Below, one piece after another: positions 25,037 to 37,499 of a stretch of DNA of 64,000 bases. This DNA comes from Torpedo marmorata (taxonomy: Eukaryota). Position numbers and translations under genes: made by a program. Each line of letters opens with the position of its first letter. Positions within the stretch are counted from its first letter, which is position 1. The notes beneath the pieces are model-generated. The model was not told where the DNA came from, did not search any database, and saw only the letters and a list, made by a program, of their open reading frames with translations. Location of the stretch: positions 29,140,001-29,204,000 of the forward strand of contig OZ360229.1 of NCBI GenBank assembly GCA_977017645.1. The letters are read 5' to 3'.

Positions 25037-27866
25037 GTATAAACATTGAATTTTCCAATTTTCCCTTTTTCTTTTCCTACTCCCACCAGTCTTCCCAAGT
25101 TCGTTCTCTCCTTTTGTTCACCATTTCCATCCTTCCCTCACTTGGCTCCATCTGCCCATCATTTACCCCTCATTTGGTTCCACCTATCATCTACCAACTT
25201 CTGTCCCCACCCCCCTCACCCATGAAAAAATCTACGTATATATTGGTAGCTTATTCTCCTCCTCCCTCCCCCCAGTCGTGATATCCTGATGCAGGGTCTC
25301 AACTGGAAAAGTCGATACATCCCTTTTGCCTCCACAGACGCTGCTTGACTAACTGATTTCTTCCAGCGGTTTATTTTTTTTTGCTCTGGATTTTGCCTAT
25401 CATAGTTCCAGCCCCTGATGACGTCCTGCCATCTGCAATCTTTCCACAATACATTCAGTGGAACTAAATCTACAATAGTGTCCAGTAGGCACAAGCGACC
25501 ACATAACCTTTGGACAAAGTTCTCAGAACAAACACAAAACCAAGTCTAACTTCAGTATGTAGATAAAGGAATTAAATCAATAATCTGATATTATAAACAT
25601 GCCCAGCATGAGCAGATAACAAGAAGAAATATGTAACAAAATTAAACAAATGATATAACAATACTGAATAGATAGTGTATGAGGTAGTTGAGTTAACAAA
25701 GGGATCTCATGTAAGAGAAGAGCTTCAATTATGCTTTTGGGGATTGGTTTTAATTGCTTACTACACCAAGGTAGGAGCATAAATGGGTCGAGCTAATGTT
25801 CATAGGAAGATGTTTCAGTTGATTACTGCATCAAATATCTGGGAGGGTTTATATACTAGAGAAAGTGACTTTAATGGGTTAATCATTCATGGGAAATTCT
25901 TAAGTGGTTAAGACTGGAATGGGCAAAGGTCCTAACAAGGGCCATGACTCATTATATTGGTTTACAGCACCATCTACCTGCTGGGAGGGGCAGCATCAGA
26001 CTCTGCTCCAGATACACAAAAACCAAAGGATTTATCCGTCCCACTAATCTCCGCTTCATTCTTAGCCTTTGTTCCTGGGGTCCAGTAATCTTTCAGTGAT
26101 TTGAGAGTCCTTGTGTGGACTTTGGCAAGTAGAATCCACAAGATATGCAATTGTGTAGGGCAACACCAATGGAGATTTCAACATCTGCAGTCTCTTTTGC
26201 CACAAATCAGCCCAGGTCTTCTCTTATCCACAAAGTAGGTGACAAGGTCACAAATAACAATGATAGAAGCAGCACGAAGCAGGTGATGTTCCTCCAAAAG
26301 TGGAATCAGCAACCCCAGGTGGAGGACTGAACGTGGATTCCTCTCCTGAGCTACAAGATTCAGTGAGCTCAGGTCAGCTTCATCACCCTTGGATCTCTTG
26401 ACAGCACGGCCCCACGCACTACAATGGATACTGGTACCAAAGACAAGGTTTTACTGATGCTTCACAGCATACCCATATCATACGAATAAAGAAAATAAGC
26501 AGCAAAGGCCTGAACGGTGGAATCCTAAATCATGTAATGTTGGCTAGATCCATGTTGGGAGTAGAAATCAGGGATGGAAATATATTCAAGGTCACAGACA
26601 AAGTTACAGTTTTTCTTTTAATATAAAATCCAACTCATTAAAATCCATTGATTTTTTCCCACTACGATCCAGCATCTCATTCAGTGATTCAAAATATATC
26701 AATGGAGAGAATATATACTGGTATCCCACTTCATGCCACCCGAGGTTATAGCGCTCTTGATCTACCAGTCCACACAATTACTTTTACATAGCACCCTGTA
26801 CTTTAAACAGGATTTTTGCTCGGGAGAACTTGGTGGAGCGCCTGCCCTCAATCGATGTATTCCCACCAATGTATCACTACAAGGCTCCCATGTGAGGGCT
26901 GGTATTGAACAAGCAGGCAGAGCAGTGTGACCATTCAGCAGAAGGCTCAGCAGTGCACCCCTGGCTGGCACAGTGAATGTACCATTACTAGAGACTGGAA
27001 GCATCTGCTCCATGTGTTGACAAGATCCTACAGTCTCTCTCATTACCACCTCTTGGATGGGATTGAAGCTGCTGTTTCCCTCTTTGATTGTCTATGGTGA
27101 AAAGCTCAATGGTTGCCCCAACAATAGTCTGCACTCACCGTGGTGTCTGGGGTGCAATCCTGAGTCCCATATACCTACAAATACACAGCTGGCCCTGGCC
27201 ATCTACACCATTCCTCTCTGGTTGACTCTCCTCACCAAGCCCTCCATAAATTAACTGCTGGATTTGCTCAGGTCTCCATCACAGCAGTGTTGTTGGTTAT
27301 GCATCTCTCGTTTACAGCACTACAATGACTGATTTTAGTGTTAATTCCATTAGTGCTTTTGTTCCTGGGAATGCATCTTGAATGTTAAGCAAGGTACCAG
27401 TGTAAGGTCAAAGTAACTTTACACAGACAACCAACTATATCCCTTCCACCGGAGTGATAACTTACCATTACCCTGGCAAAAGATCCTGTGACCCACTCAT
27501 TATTTAATCATGTTCCCATCTCTGCATTCCAATGCACAGACCCTGGCTCTCCTGGTTTGAGGTAGGGCTTTTCATCCTCATGGAGGAATGAGTAAAGTGG
27601 CTGGTGGGAGGGGGGCTGTAGTAGGGTGTAAATGAGTAGAAGAGTGGCTGCGTTAAAGGCCAATCGTAACAGACTCTGGAAATTGGAGACGTACCCAGAA
27701 CCAGTGAAAATGCCCAAGGTTTTGATGGGAGGGAGGGAACAGCACAGCCATGAATAACAGCAAGGAAGGGTTTCAGCTCCACGCTTTCCACCAGATCCCA
27801 TGTGACTGCCCTGGATCTACCCATCCTGTTTTTTTATGAATGTATGCAAGAGTCTGCCCTCTGATC

Positions 27867-27943
27867 CTAAAGATAGACTTTGAGCAGCGGAGCTCCTGAT
27901 GAATCAGTCTCAGTGTCCTGAAGAGAATCATCTTTTTGGAATT
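27867..27943 (-). CDS. KDF1: KDF1 last coding exon ((E)FQKDDSLQDTETDSSGAPLLKVYL*)
   Basis: Poly-T cttcctccag acceptor, phase 1; DTxTDSSGAPLLxVY is the KDF1 C-terminus. Confidence 0.93.
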
Positions 27944-28816
27944 CTGGAGGAAGAAAAAAAAAACCAATAAGGACTTTACAAGTAAGCAGAGTGGGGCAAG
28001 GAAATACAGTAATACTGGGGTAATAGTCAAAACCACAGCAGGACAAATACAAGGACACTGCAGAAACTAAAATGGCTACAGATTCTGGCACAGGAGGATC
28101 ATAGGAATGGATGTGATCAAGGATGAATGCAAGGCATAGCTGTGAGCACAGGGTGGAAGGGGAATATTGAAAAAGATAAGCGCAAGGGATGAGAGAGAGA
28201 GAGAATCAGAAAGAGGAAGAAATTAACAGAGGCATGGGAGGTAAGACACAAGGGAACTAGATGAGACAGGCAAGTGGAATGAGAGGAGGTAGAAGAGAAT
28301 TTAGGACAGACAAGGTAATTAGTTAATGCAGACGGCAGAGATGAATGCATCTTACAAGTGTCAATAGAGGGTGGTGACCATATGGCTTTAAGGGACAGAG
28401 ATTGATATTATGTACCATATTGTATGTAATAATCCACCATTCACTGCATTTTTATGGAGAAATTACTTTTTTTCTGGGAGAAGTTATGTTCTGTTTCATC
28501 TCTTTTTCAAAAATATGTCAGTAAATTGATTTTGGACAGTAGTTTAATCTACTGCCTGCTGCGAGCCAACACGTTCTTATTCCCACCTCTAGCTAAGTTA
28601 CTAACACTTGTGCGGTTACTGAACCCTCTGAATAACTAAACGTATTAAACATAAAAGAACTGAATTCCACTTATTGGTTCTCAGATCCAATCACCCTGCA
28701 ACTGAGCAACACGTGGCTGAGACTAGTTCACCGAGTTAGAGACCGGGCATTTCGAGATTGCTCACTTCTAAGCTTGAGACACTCTGATAGTCAGCAACAC
28801 GGTATTCAGGAATTAC

Positions 28817-28891
28817 CTGGGGTGGCCAGGCACTGCAATTGCCTTGCCTTCAAATCAAGGGGGTCCACGACTGAGATTTCCAAGTTGAGTT
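28817..28891 (-). CDS. KDF1: KDF1 middle coding exon ((E)LNLEISVVDPLDLKARQLQCLATP)
   Basis: ttctgtttag / gtaatt, 75 nt, phase 1-1; aligns with mammalian ELTVQISQETTADAIARKLRPYGAP. Confidence 0.85.
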
Positions 28892-29295
28892 CTAAACAGA
28901 AACAAGAGTTTCAAATCACATCACTGCAAGCACAGCAGCTTCTAACCACACTCGAACTGCATGTATTGCAAAGGAAAGATGAGGTTACTTTAGCTTCCAT
29001 CCCCACCCCAGTCAAATGTACGTCTGACACAGTCACAAACTCCAGTGCATGCTCACTGCAGCCATCAACCCAATTGTCTAGGCAGCCCAGACCATAAGTG
29101 CATTTCAATCCCAATTCTGCCCTCACCTCCCAATGCAGCCCCAGTCTCCAGTGCACATCCAATACACCTCAACTCCCAAAGCAAGTCTAGTGCAGCCCCA
29201 ATATATTTCAACCCTCCATCAAACCCTTACCTCCTAATCCAACCCTCAATGTAATCCCAGCTCCCCAGGTAACACCCCTAGTGCCATTCCCTCAC

Positions 29296-30370
29296 CATCA
29301 CTTGGCAGAAAAGTCTCTGTTAGAGGTTTGGCATCAGTAGATGTCAGACTGACTAGTCTTTCCTCACTTGGTTCTTGTGGGCTACGCTTTTTTTTGGGTT
29401 TTCGGGTGCTGATCCGCACTATCCCAGTCACTATCCGGCACTCTGCGTCCTTCTCATTGATCTTGTAGCCTTTGGTGATGCTGTCAATGAGCTCGCTGAT
29501 CTCACTGCTCTTGCTGATGAAGGTGGTGTCAGAAGTGCACTGGGCCAGCATGTCAATTTGGTGAATGCTGAAGAGCTCCAGCAGTTTCTTGTTTATGTAC
29601 TCATCCAGCTCTGCACTCGACATTGACCCGTTCAGTTCATTGTTCTCTAGATCCTCTTCCAGGAAGGAGCGGAACTCATCAGAAATGCGTTTGTGAGAGT
29701 TTGGCGAGGTGCTGCCAGGGCTTTCTGATTTCTGAGAATTGTAGATGTGCAAGTCCTTGCGACACGAGTCTGTGGACAGACTGTGACTGTTCTTGTCCCA
29801 GATCACCTCCTCCCCTCGCAGTTTAATATCATAATAATTGAAACTGTTGCCTGCAAGGTTTGTCCTTTTATTAGGGTTGGGGTCGGACTTCGTTGTGACC
29901 ACGTGTGTTGGGTTTGAAACATATCTTAAAGTGGCACTCTCAGTTACTTTAACATCTGTCGATGACTCTGTGGTACTTGTACATGGATTATAACCTCCAT
30001 CCTTACATATTCCACAAGTCACCACGCAGCAGAAAATGGTTTTGAAGTTCTGCCACATGACACAGGTTCCCAAACCACACGACTCGCACATGCTCGAATC
30101 CTCTGCATTTTCAGCCGATCCTGGGATGAACCCGATGTTTTCGGAGTTATTCCCATTGGAATCCCTGGGATCTGCTTTGCGGCTGTGACTTTTGCCCGGC
30201 AATTTGCTTTCTTTCCTCTGGGCTCGTTTGTGTTCTGGTGTCGACCCTTCATAAACCTCCAGGGTCAAGGTGTCCACGGAGACCGGCGGCAGGCCTGAGA
30301 AGTTGAGGAGCTTCTCTCCCACCGGTCGGTCAGTCTGCTGCAGGGCAGCTTTCTGCCGAGTACTTTGCAT
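29296..30370 (-). CDS. KDF1: KDF1 (keratinocyte differentiation factor 1) main coding exon; exon starts at 30387
   Basis: FIPGSAE, Cys cluster, GSMSSAELDEYINKKLLELFSIHQIDMLAQCTSDTTF, RIVTGIVRISTRK; acceptor ttttaacccacag, donor gtgagg; convergent with NUDC as in human. Confidence 0.95.
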
Positions 30371-30479
30371 GACAGAAACTGAAGGATCTGTGGGTTAAAA
30401 AGAAAAAAAGTTACTAAACACCAACTGCACTGAGCCCAATACACTAACCACATGAAAGTAGCCAGGCCTTAAATAACAG

Positions 30480-30705
30480 CGACTATACAGCATGGTAAGA
30501 GGCCCTTCCGTCCCATGAGCCCATGCCGCCCAATTACACTCAATTGACCTACAACGGCCAGTACGTATTTGAATGGAGGGAGGAAACCAGAGCACCCAGA
30601 GGAAACACACGCAGACACGGAGAACATACAAACTCCTTACAGACAGCGCGGGATTCAAACCCGGGTCACTGGCGCTGCAACAACGTTGCGCTAACCGCTA
30701 GGCTG
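30480..30705 (-). mobile_element. tRNA-derived V-SINE (HE1-like) with CR1-like tail
   Basis: Box A/B head (GCGGTTAGCGCAACG..GGGTTTGAATCCCG), V-domain GAGTTTGTATGTTCTCCGTGTCTGCGTG..TTTCCTC.GGGTGCTC.GGTTTCCTCCC. Confidence 0.85.
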
Positions 30706-31514
30706 AATGGGGGGGACTGATTATAAACAAAAGAACAAAAATGGGTCTAGAGAAGCTGAAAGGCAACAATAGAACGAGTAGCAGCATTGTTACTTTTATT
30801 CATTCATTTCTCTGGATCTGGGCCTTGCTGGAAAAGCCAACATCTATTGCCTATCCTTAACTGCACTTGACGTTAGTGGTGGCAGGCCACCTTCTTGAAC
30901 TGCTACAATCCTTCTGCTATGGATATTCCCACAATGATATTAGACAGGGAGTTCCAGGATTTAGACTCAGTAATGAAGAAGGACTTGCTAAACATTTCCA
31001 AATTATGATATTGCATGACTTGGAGGGGAACCTGCATGTTGTAATGCCCCATGTGCTCCTCCTTCTGGGTGGTAGAGGTTGCAGATTTAGGAGGTGCAGT
31101 TGGAGTAGCCTATCTGTGTGACCGCAGTGTATTTTGCTGATGGTACATATTGCGGTCACTGTGCTTGTAGTAGAGGGATTGACTGCTTAGGTGGTGGATG
31201 CAATGCCAATCAAGTGAGTTGCTTTTGATTGTGTTGAACTTCTCGAGAGTTGTTTGACCCGCATTCATCAAGGAAGTGCAGCATAATGAGGGGCATCATT
31301 CATCATTGGGTGCCCAGTTTCAAACCTGCTTTTGTAGATATAATATCCATGCAGCTGGTATAACTGTTTGTGGTCAACAGTGAGCCCAGGATGTTGAGAC
31401 TGGGGACTTGACAATGGTAATGACATTGAATTTTAAGGGTAGGTGGTTAGATTCTCTTTTGTTTGAGATGCCAATGCCTAACACTTACATGGCACTAATG
31501 TTTTGTTTTTTAAA

Positions 31515-31740
31515 AAACATACAGCACGGTAACAGGCCCTTACGAGCCCGTGCCACCCAATTACACCCAATTGACCTACAATCCCCAGTAAGTTTTGAAG
31601 GGTGGGGGGGTGACCGGAGCACCCAGAGGAAACCCACGCAGACACGGGGAGAACGTACACACTCCTTACAGACAGTGCAGGATTCGAACCCCGGTCCCGA
31701 TTGCTGGCGCTGTAATAGCGTTGTGCTAACCAGCCCGTGC
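31515..31740 (-). mobile_element. V-SINE copy
   Basis: Same head, V-domain and tail as 30480-30705. Confidence 0.85.
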
Positions 31741-32109
31741 TGATTAGCGCAACACTATTACTTGCTTTTTACCAGCCCACGTTTAAAATCTTGCTTCATT
31801 TGCAGAGGAGTTACAAATGGGATTCAACATTATGTTGTCCTCAGCAAAAATCCCCACTCTGATCTCATGATGGAACAAAAGTCATTGGAGAAGTAGCTGA
31901 AGATGATTAAGTGGGACACTATCCTGAGGAACTGAGCACATTGTTTGTAAGCTATGAGGCAGTGAGGGTATGTCCACGTTAGACTGTTGCTTGATTTGTC
32001 CCATTAGACATTAGTCCCTAGATGTTCATGAGGAGGTTTGGTGTCGTATCATGGTGGTGGTGGCCGATGATGACAAGAATAATTCCACCTCTGAGATGCA
32101 GAAAGTATG

Positions 32110-32430
32110 AGATATAAGTACATAAGAAATAGGAGCAGGAGTAGGCCATCCGGCCCGTTGATCCTGCTCCACCATTCAATGAGATCATGGCTGATCTTAT
32201 GATAGGCTCATCTCCATCTACCTACCTTTCCCCCATATCCCTTAATTCTTTACTATGTAAAAATCTATCCAACCTTGTCTTAAATATATTTACTGAAGTA
32301 GCCTCCACTGCTTCAATGGGCAGCGAATTCCACAGATTCACCACCCTCTGGGGAAAGGCAGTTCCTCCTCATCTCTGTCCTAAATCTACTACCCTGAATC
32401 TTGAGGCTATGTCCCCTAGTTCTGGTCTTC
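32110..32430 (-). mobile_element. CR1 3'-end fragment
   Basis: CATAAGAAATAGGAGCAGGAGTAGGCC..GAATTCCACAGATTCAC CR1 terminal motifs. Confidence 0.8.
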
Positions 32431-35400
32431 CACAACTACACAATTGAGGCCTACACAACCAGGGGGAATAGAAATGTTTTGCTGAGTAAAGTGGAAGTTG
32501 GTAAAACTGGAGCAGAACCAACAGCTCCTAAAAAATAATTGGAATGGAATAGAAATCTTACAGTAAATGGGTTGGGAAGAAGCATCATCAAGATAGATGG
32601 GGAGTTGCTGGGAACATAGCAGACACTATTCAATGCTTTCTTCAGATAAAACAGCTCGTATTTGTCCATAGCCGGCACAAAGACATCTCACACTTCCATC
32701 CATTGCATGTGATAGAACACTGACAGAAATAAAATTCAGTGCCCAAAACTGAAGGAAATTCACAAAGCAATCAGGTGGACCCCAGGACAAACTACTTCTC
32801 CATTGCCACTTTTAGTAATTGGAAAGAAACTGAATCTACTGGGAAATGAAAATCAGAACAAAGTACAAAGAGGAGACCGTAGATGTGGGAATCTGAAGCT
32901 AAATACAAGCTGCTGGGGGAAGGGAGCAAGTCGAGCAGCATCAGTGGGAGAAAAGGAATGGTTGACATTTTGGACTGGAGCCCCTCACCAAGTTAAAGAC
33001 TTGATGAAGGGCTCTGCCCAAAAATGTGGACCATTCTTTTTCTTCCACTGATGCTGCTCGACCCGCTGAGTTCCTCTCGCAGATTGAGTTTCAAGTACAA
33101 ACAGTAATGCGGCAGCAAATGGTCAGATTTCTACAGAACTGTTATGAGCAGAGAGAAAAAGATAGGGGAATAAAAGGAAGCAAATATTTGCTATACAAAG
33201 GGGTGGATAGGATGGAGGAATGGGGACTGGACTTGCTTTGCTATTGTGACAGGGTCGAGTGGTCTTCCCGTAACCTTCACTCTGTTGGGAGCCCCACATT
33301 GCAGCCACACAGTCACTGAATGGCTCTCCCAAAAAACCCATTGTTGCCTCATCTTTTCCACCACAAATATTTTGAAGTCGCAGGGCAAGTTAAAAACACT
33401 TAGCCTTGTAATTCAGATTGTTGAACAGAAAAACAAGGAAGTCACGTTAAAATTTACACATCATTTTGGCAGACCTCAGCTGGGGCACTTTGTACAGTTC
33501 TTGGGACCTCAGTTTAGAAGTTCTGAGGAGCTACAGGTTGACTGGTTTAATTCACCAAAGGATTGTTCTGAAAAGAAAAGATGAAGAGAAAATCAAATGA
33601 AGGCATTCAGACTTTTGACGGAACACGTTGGGAGAAATAATTTCCGCTGTTTCGTGGGTCAGTAACTAGAGGTCACAAAAAAATGGCAACAGAACAGAAA
33701 GGAAATAAAAAAAGAGAAACATTTTCATAGAGAGGGTAGTTAAGATCTCAATAACACTACTAAAGAGAATGGTGGAACACATTCCACAGATGTTTCACAA
33801 AGTTAATCATACATGCACTTGGAAGGACCAGTTTGCAGGGTTATGAAGAAAAAAAAAAATGCAGTGTGTGCATTTAAAATAGGCGAGATAATATCCATCT
33901 TCAGTGCTGCAAGCTTCTATGATTTTTTACCTTCAGGCATTTGTCACCAAACCAGTTGGAGATGACTAATGCACATCAGGTCTATTCTAAGCTCTAGTTC
34001 TGGCACCAGGCTATTTTACCGAGACAAAAATGTGTAAACGCAAAAGAAAATCATTCATAATGCAAATAAATCACTTCTCTCTCTAAAATTCATTAACATT
34101 TCTCTAACACCCATGACTTATCAACATTTCTGAAATAATTTTCGGAGGTAGATTTCAGGCAAAAATTGTGAATGAAAGGTTGACCTAAACTTTGAGCATT
34201 CTTGTGGAAGGAGTGTGGAAGACAGAGGAGAGAAATTTAGGAGGAAACTAAAGAGGTTAGCCCCTTAATTGTTGAAAGCACAGCCACAGAACAAAGAAAA
34301 TCAGGGATGCACGGGAAAAAATATTGGAGGAACATAGAGGTCACAGAGGTTTGTCTTGCTGGACGAAGTTACAGATGGGGAAGGAGATGAGGTAATTGGT
34401 AGTTCTGAAAACAAGCCATGGATCAAGTGCTGATAAATGGTAATTAGGTGGTCACGTGGACATAGTTCTGTGCAATATTACTCTGCCAAAGATGAAGATT
34501 AAAATCAAGGTATTTCCAAGGTAGATCAGCAACCACAAATGTCATGGGGGACTGGGAAATTATGATAAAGCCTACACAGGCTGGAAAAAAGAGGTTGGCC
34601 AGGAAAGTGTTTGAACAATCAAGTGTGAGCAGATAGGCATAGATGAACAAATAGAAAAGTAAAATGGGGCATCATCAGTCACCTGACTGTAGAACCCAAG
34701 AAATGAAAAGATCAAGAAGGAATGCTTAGGAGAACTTTGGAAGTGGTAGATAGGAAGGAAAATATGATGCTCTTCTACTGAGGCTTTCTAAAACACTTAG
34801 TTGTACATGCACACACTGTTCACATACCCCGAGTTTGCTCTAATGGAACAGGTAAGAATGGAACCACAGATAGTCCCTGAACCTAACAATGTTGGAGAGG
34901 AGCAGGAAGGATAATTTACCATGGCCACTATTACAAGGAATGTCACTACTGATTTTGATAAAGGGCTGTTTCAATGCTCTGTCAGAAAGGGGCCCATAAT
35001 TGGAAAGATTCAAACAAAGGTGGAAGAAAGATGATCACTGATTCAAGGTTCTGAGAGAAAAATTGAACCAAATGTGTCAAGTTTGGGTATATTTTGTTGA
35101 GACGTGGTGAAAGTAGCTTTAATAGGGATGGATGCAGTACATTAGGAGAGTGAGCCATTTGCATTGTTGGTGACGGAGAGACAAAGAGCAACACCCAGCT
35201 CAGAGAGGGTTGCTGATTCTTTGCTTGACCACCAAAAATTATGTTTTCAATTACTCAGGGCCTTAGCTCTGGAGTTTCCTCCCTAAATCTGTCTGTCACC
35301 CGCCTTCCTTTCCGTAAGATGCTCTTTAAACTATTTCTTTGCCCAAACATTTGGTCAACCTTGCTAACTTCATCTTCTAATTTCGTGAGTTTTAAACTGA

Positions 35401-35759
35401 AGAAAATGCAGGCTCAGGGCATGTGAACAGGGAGGGCATGTACGTGAGTGTGATAGAAAACCTCAGTCGAAGTTGAACTCATTCATGTGATAAAGAATTA
35501 TAATACTATAATAGTATTGTTTTTATTCATTTGGTGGGAAGGTGATTGTTGCTGGTGGATCACTGCTCAACTTTAGTTGCCCTTGACAAGTTCCAGTATT
35601 TAGTTCCAATGATGAAAGAACAGCAAAGCCTTGCCAAATCAGGATGGCTTGCAATGTGGAACCTCATGCACGCTGCCCTTGTCCCTCTACATAATAAAGT
35701 TTATTGGTTTGGGACAAAGTAGCCTTGGCAAATAATTGTAGATGTGCACTGCAGCACAT

Positions 35760-36345
35760 TAGATTCAGATTTCAGATTTATTGTCAGAGTACATACATGC
35801 CATCACATACATCCCTGAGATTCTTTTTCCTGCAGGTGAGGCAGAATTACCACATTGAGTGTGCAAAAAAACTGCACTCAAGAAGATACGTATATATGTA
35901 AACAAATAAAGAAATGTAAACAAACTGACTGCAATACAGAGAGAAGAAAAATTCTATAAAGTGCAAAGAGTCCTTAAAACCCTGATTGAGTTTGTTGTTG
36001 AAGAGTCTGATGATGGAGGGGTAGCAGCTGTTCCTGAACCTGGTGGTGCGAGTCTTGTGGCACCTGTACCTCTTTCCTGATGGTAGCAGCGAGAACAGAG
36101 CGTGTGCTGGGTGGTGTGGATCTTTGATGATTGCTGCTGCTCTCCGATGGCAGCGTTCCCTGCAGATGTTCTCGATGGTGGGGAGGGTTTTGCCCATGAT
36201 GTCCTGGGCTGTGTCCACTACCTTATGCAGGGCTTTACGCTCAGGGGTATTGGTGTCCCCATACCAGACTGTGATGCAGCCGGTCAGCACACTTTCCACC
36301 ACACATCTGTAGAAATTTGCCAGGGCTTCCGATGTCACACCATAC
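35760..36345 (-). mobile_element. Rex1/Babar-type LINE 3' fragment
   Basis: Near-identical to 14400-14996 ([20 protein letters not shown]...RFRNSCYPS); tail TGACAATAAATCTGAAATCTGAATCT. Confidence 0.9.
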
Positions 36346-37499
36346 CAGATAGGGCGCCATCCCAGCAAAGTTCTGGATTGTGACAAACCTGCTGAGTCGT
36401 TTTGAAACTGCACAACTCCGGTCAAGTGGAAAGTATTCCATCACAGACTTGTACCTTGTAGATGGTTAAGATGCTTTGTGAGAATTGGGAGGTGAATCAG
36501 TCACCACAGAGAACCGTGCCTCCCACTGGCTCTTGTAGCTGGCCAGTTAAGTTGCAGTACCCTTACGATGGAAGAAGCATAAAGTAGCTAATGATGATTG
36601 GGCTGAGGATACTGCCCTGAATAAGAACAATGTCCTGGACATGAGATTGATATCCAGAGTGACAACCATCTTCCATCGTGAGGTGAAGAATACAGCAACT
36701 CAAAGCATTCCCCCAATTTCCATTGCTCCGTTTTAGCAGGACTCCTTGACACCATACCCACTCAAATGTTGCCTTGATGGCAGAGACAGTTTCTCTCGAC
36801 TCACTTCAGGCATCATTGGTCCACATTTGAACAAAGGCCCTAATGAGGTCTAGAGTTAATGGTTTTGGCAACACCCCAATCTGAGCATTGATGAGCAAGT
36901 TGTTGGCCTCTTGATAACATTATTAATGACACTAACTATCACTTGGCTAAAGATTAGGAGTAGACTGATGTGATTATAATTAACTAGATTGAATAAGTCC
37001 TTTTTGTGGGCAGGACATAACTGAGCAATTATCCGTGCCACGGTTATAACTATAGCTGGTATACAGCTATTTCTGGAGCACATCTTAATGCCTGAAGGTA
37101 GAATGTTGCTCCAAAGTCTCTGCTGTATCTAATCCTCTCACCTATTCCTTAACATCACAAAGCATGAAACTAATTGGTTAAAGACTGACTTCTGGAATGA
37201 CAGGTATCTACAGAAGAAGTCAAGGTGGATCATCCACTCAATACATGGCTGAAAATGGATAGAAAGGCTTTAAGCTTTGCCTTTGGCACTTGCATGCTGA
37301 TTCCCACCACCACTGAAAAGGGTGTGTTCTTGAAGCCTTCGCCACCTGTTTGCTATTTAATTATCTATAAACATTCATGTCGGAATGTAGCAAGACTGTA
37401 GAACTTTGATCATCTGTGGATCACTTGTTGTGTTGTCCACTGCCACTGATTTTGCTGTTCAGTATGTACATAGTTTTGTAGCTTGAGCCAGTTGTCATC

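Larger units (their letters stand above)
23920..25400 (+). mobile_element. Penelope-like element 3' part (GIY-YIG endonuclease + terminal repeat) with nested 5S-SINE and solo LTR
   Basis: GTFPCNPRRCN..QVRQSF..SSNLIYCIQCSYCGLYISENK..DHFAEYL..DLPV..CHFN, then pyrimidine-rich 3' region and CTGATGCAGGGTCTC terminal motif. Confidence 0.8.

Noticed and set aside
29246-29295. KDF1 ORF-track C-terminus EGMALGVLPGELGLH
   Set aside because: Intron read-through; a GT donor follows 29296 and the conserved end lies in two downstream exons.
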